Part shown: positions 63,077 to 64,000 of the stretch, one piece after another
How the letters are laid out: every line of letters begins with the position of its first letter
Position numbering within the stretch: the first letter of the stretch is position 1
From: Podarcis vaucheri
Taxonomy: Eukaryota
Length of the DNA stretch: 64,000 nt
Assembly: GCA_965113315.1 (NCBI GenBank)
Contig: OZ220364.1
Reading direction: 5' to 3' (one strand)
The notes under the pieces: model-generated
What the model was told of the DNA's origin: nothing
Seen by the model: only the letters and a program-made list of their open reading frames with translations
Databases searched by the model: none
Made by a program: the position numbers and the translations under genes

Positions 63077-63201
63077 CCCTGCAGAGTCTAGATGTTTCTG
63101 TACTACAACGGCCATCATTCCTGACTGCTGGCTATGCTGACTGGGGCTGATGGGAACTGCAGTCCAACAGTATCTATAGAGCCACAGGTTCCCTACTCCT
63201 G
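63077..63201. mobile_element. Palindromic hAT-type MITE (family of 697/817)
   Basis: ctagatgtt...actacaac...catcattcctgac...ctggggctgatgggaactgcagtccaac...gccacaggttccctactcctg. Confidence 0.65.
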
Positions 63202-63227
63202 ATCCAGCAGGTGCAAAAATGAATGTG

Positions 63228-63270
63228 TGGATGACCCTTGGGGTCCAAACTCTACAATTCTATGATTCTC
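63228..63270 (+). mobile_element. CR1-type 3' tail remnant
   Basis: gatgacccttggggtccaaactctacaattctatgattct. Confidence 0.6.
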
Positions 63271-64000
63271 TATTATAGAACAATTACATGCTATTGCATT
63301 AGCAAGAAGATACAGAAAATAGAACTGTGGAAAGAGAGCCTGTAGTAACGTTTCATTATGTTATGCTCTCCAACCGATAGACAAAAATAATTCTGAAACA
63401 AGCTAGAACAAAATAGAAATGAACCCATGTGCTAAAGCAAAGAACCAAAAGATAACTGAATAGTTCTGCTTTTTAAATCTCTTACATCAGTGTGGTCTCA
63501 TCTGCCTGAAAGTCATACAATCAAATCTTTCCATATTGCTAGAAATGATTTTTAGAAAGCCATTTTGGCAATTTCCCTATCAAAAGTCTGGATTGCCTAA
63601 TTTGAACAGTAGCAGAAGGGCAATGAGCCTATTTCAGTCACATTAAAACTGAATTGGCATTGAATTAATCGTAACAATTCTGACACCTGTCACCATACAG
63701 TTTTACAAAACAGTCATGGCTTATTCCAAGGCAAATTGAGAGGACATAATATAGTTCCTTCTTTCAAATACTGGTGGGTAATAGTCCTTTCACAAACAGC
63801 AGCTGGAATACTAGATGTGTGGCAGAATGAAAACTGTAGTTCCAGGTGCCAGACACTTATCTGAGGTACTAAGACTACATTTCAGCTTTTGTGACATTTG
63901 GGACTTAAGTTATATTGATTTAAACACAACCCATCTGACTTTTCTGTTGTGGTCACATATCTTTCCTAAGTAGGTACAAGTCTTAGAAGTTAAAAGTGTA

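Noticed and set aside
56979-64000. Preceding ERC2 exon (...LKREKDRLVHQLKQQ)
   Set aside because: Not seen. It presumably lies beyond the window or in the N gap.

Overview
This is AT-rich, repeat-laden vertebrate intronic DNA from a squamate, most likely a lacertid lizard, judged from the Sauria (POM-type) SINEs, Bov-B, CR1, L2, Rex1 and a Penelope-like fragment. It is the 3' end of ERC2 (CAST1/ELKS2, presynaptic active-zone scaffold) on the minus strand. Two coding exons are recoverable. One is a 135-bp exon at 56844-56978 (TQNRMKLMADNYDDDHHHYH9RSPGRTQHSNHRPSPEQ). The other is a 67-bp exon at 47967-48033 encoding the RIM-PDZ-binding C-terminus DDEEGIWA*, followed by a splice donor 40 nt after the stop, so the remaining ~48 kb is probably a large 3'-UTR intron (in mammals this region faces WNT5A). 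The second exon is missing from the ORF track, and almost all listed ORFs are chance or repeat-derived. I found no wholly new gene system. The most unusual structures are a composite hAT element with two left ends and a hairpin minisatellite with one inverted unit, a chimeric Tigger-like MITE marking a deletion, a template-switch hairpin inside a SINE, an orphan CR1 ORF1, an ancient AmnSINE1, and several TF-motif-dense candidate enhancers. Repeat family names come from my recall of consensus sequences, not a database search. There is one 128-N assembly gap.
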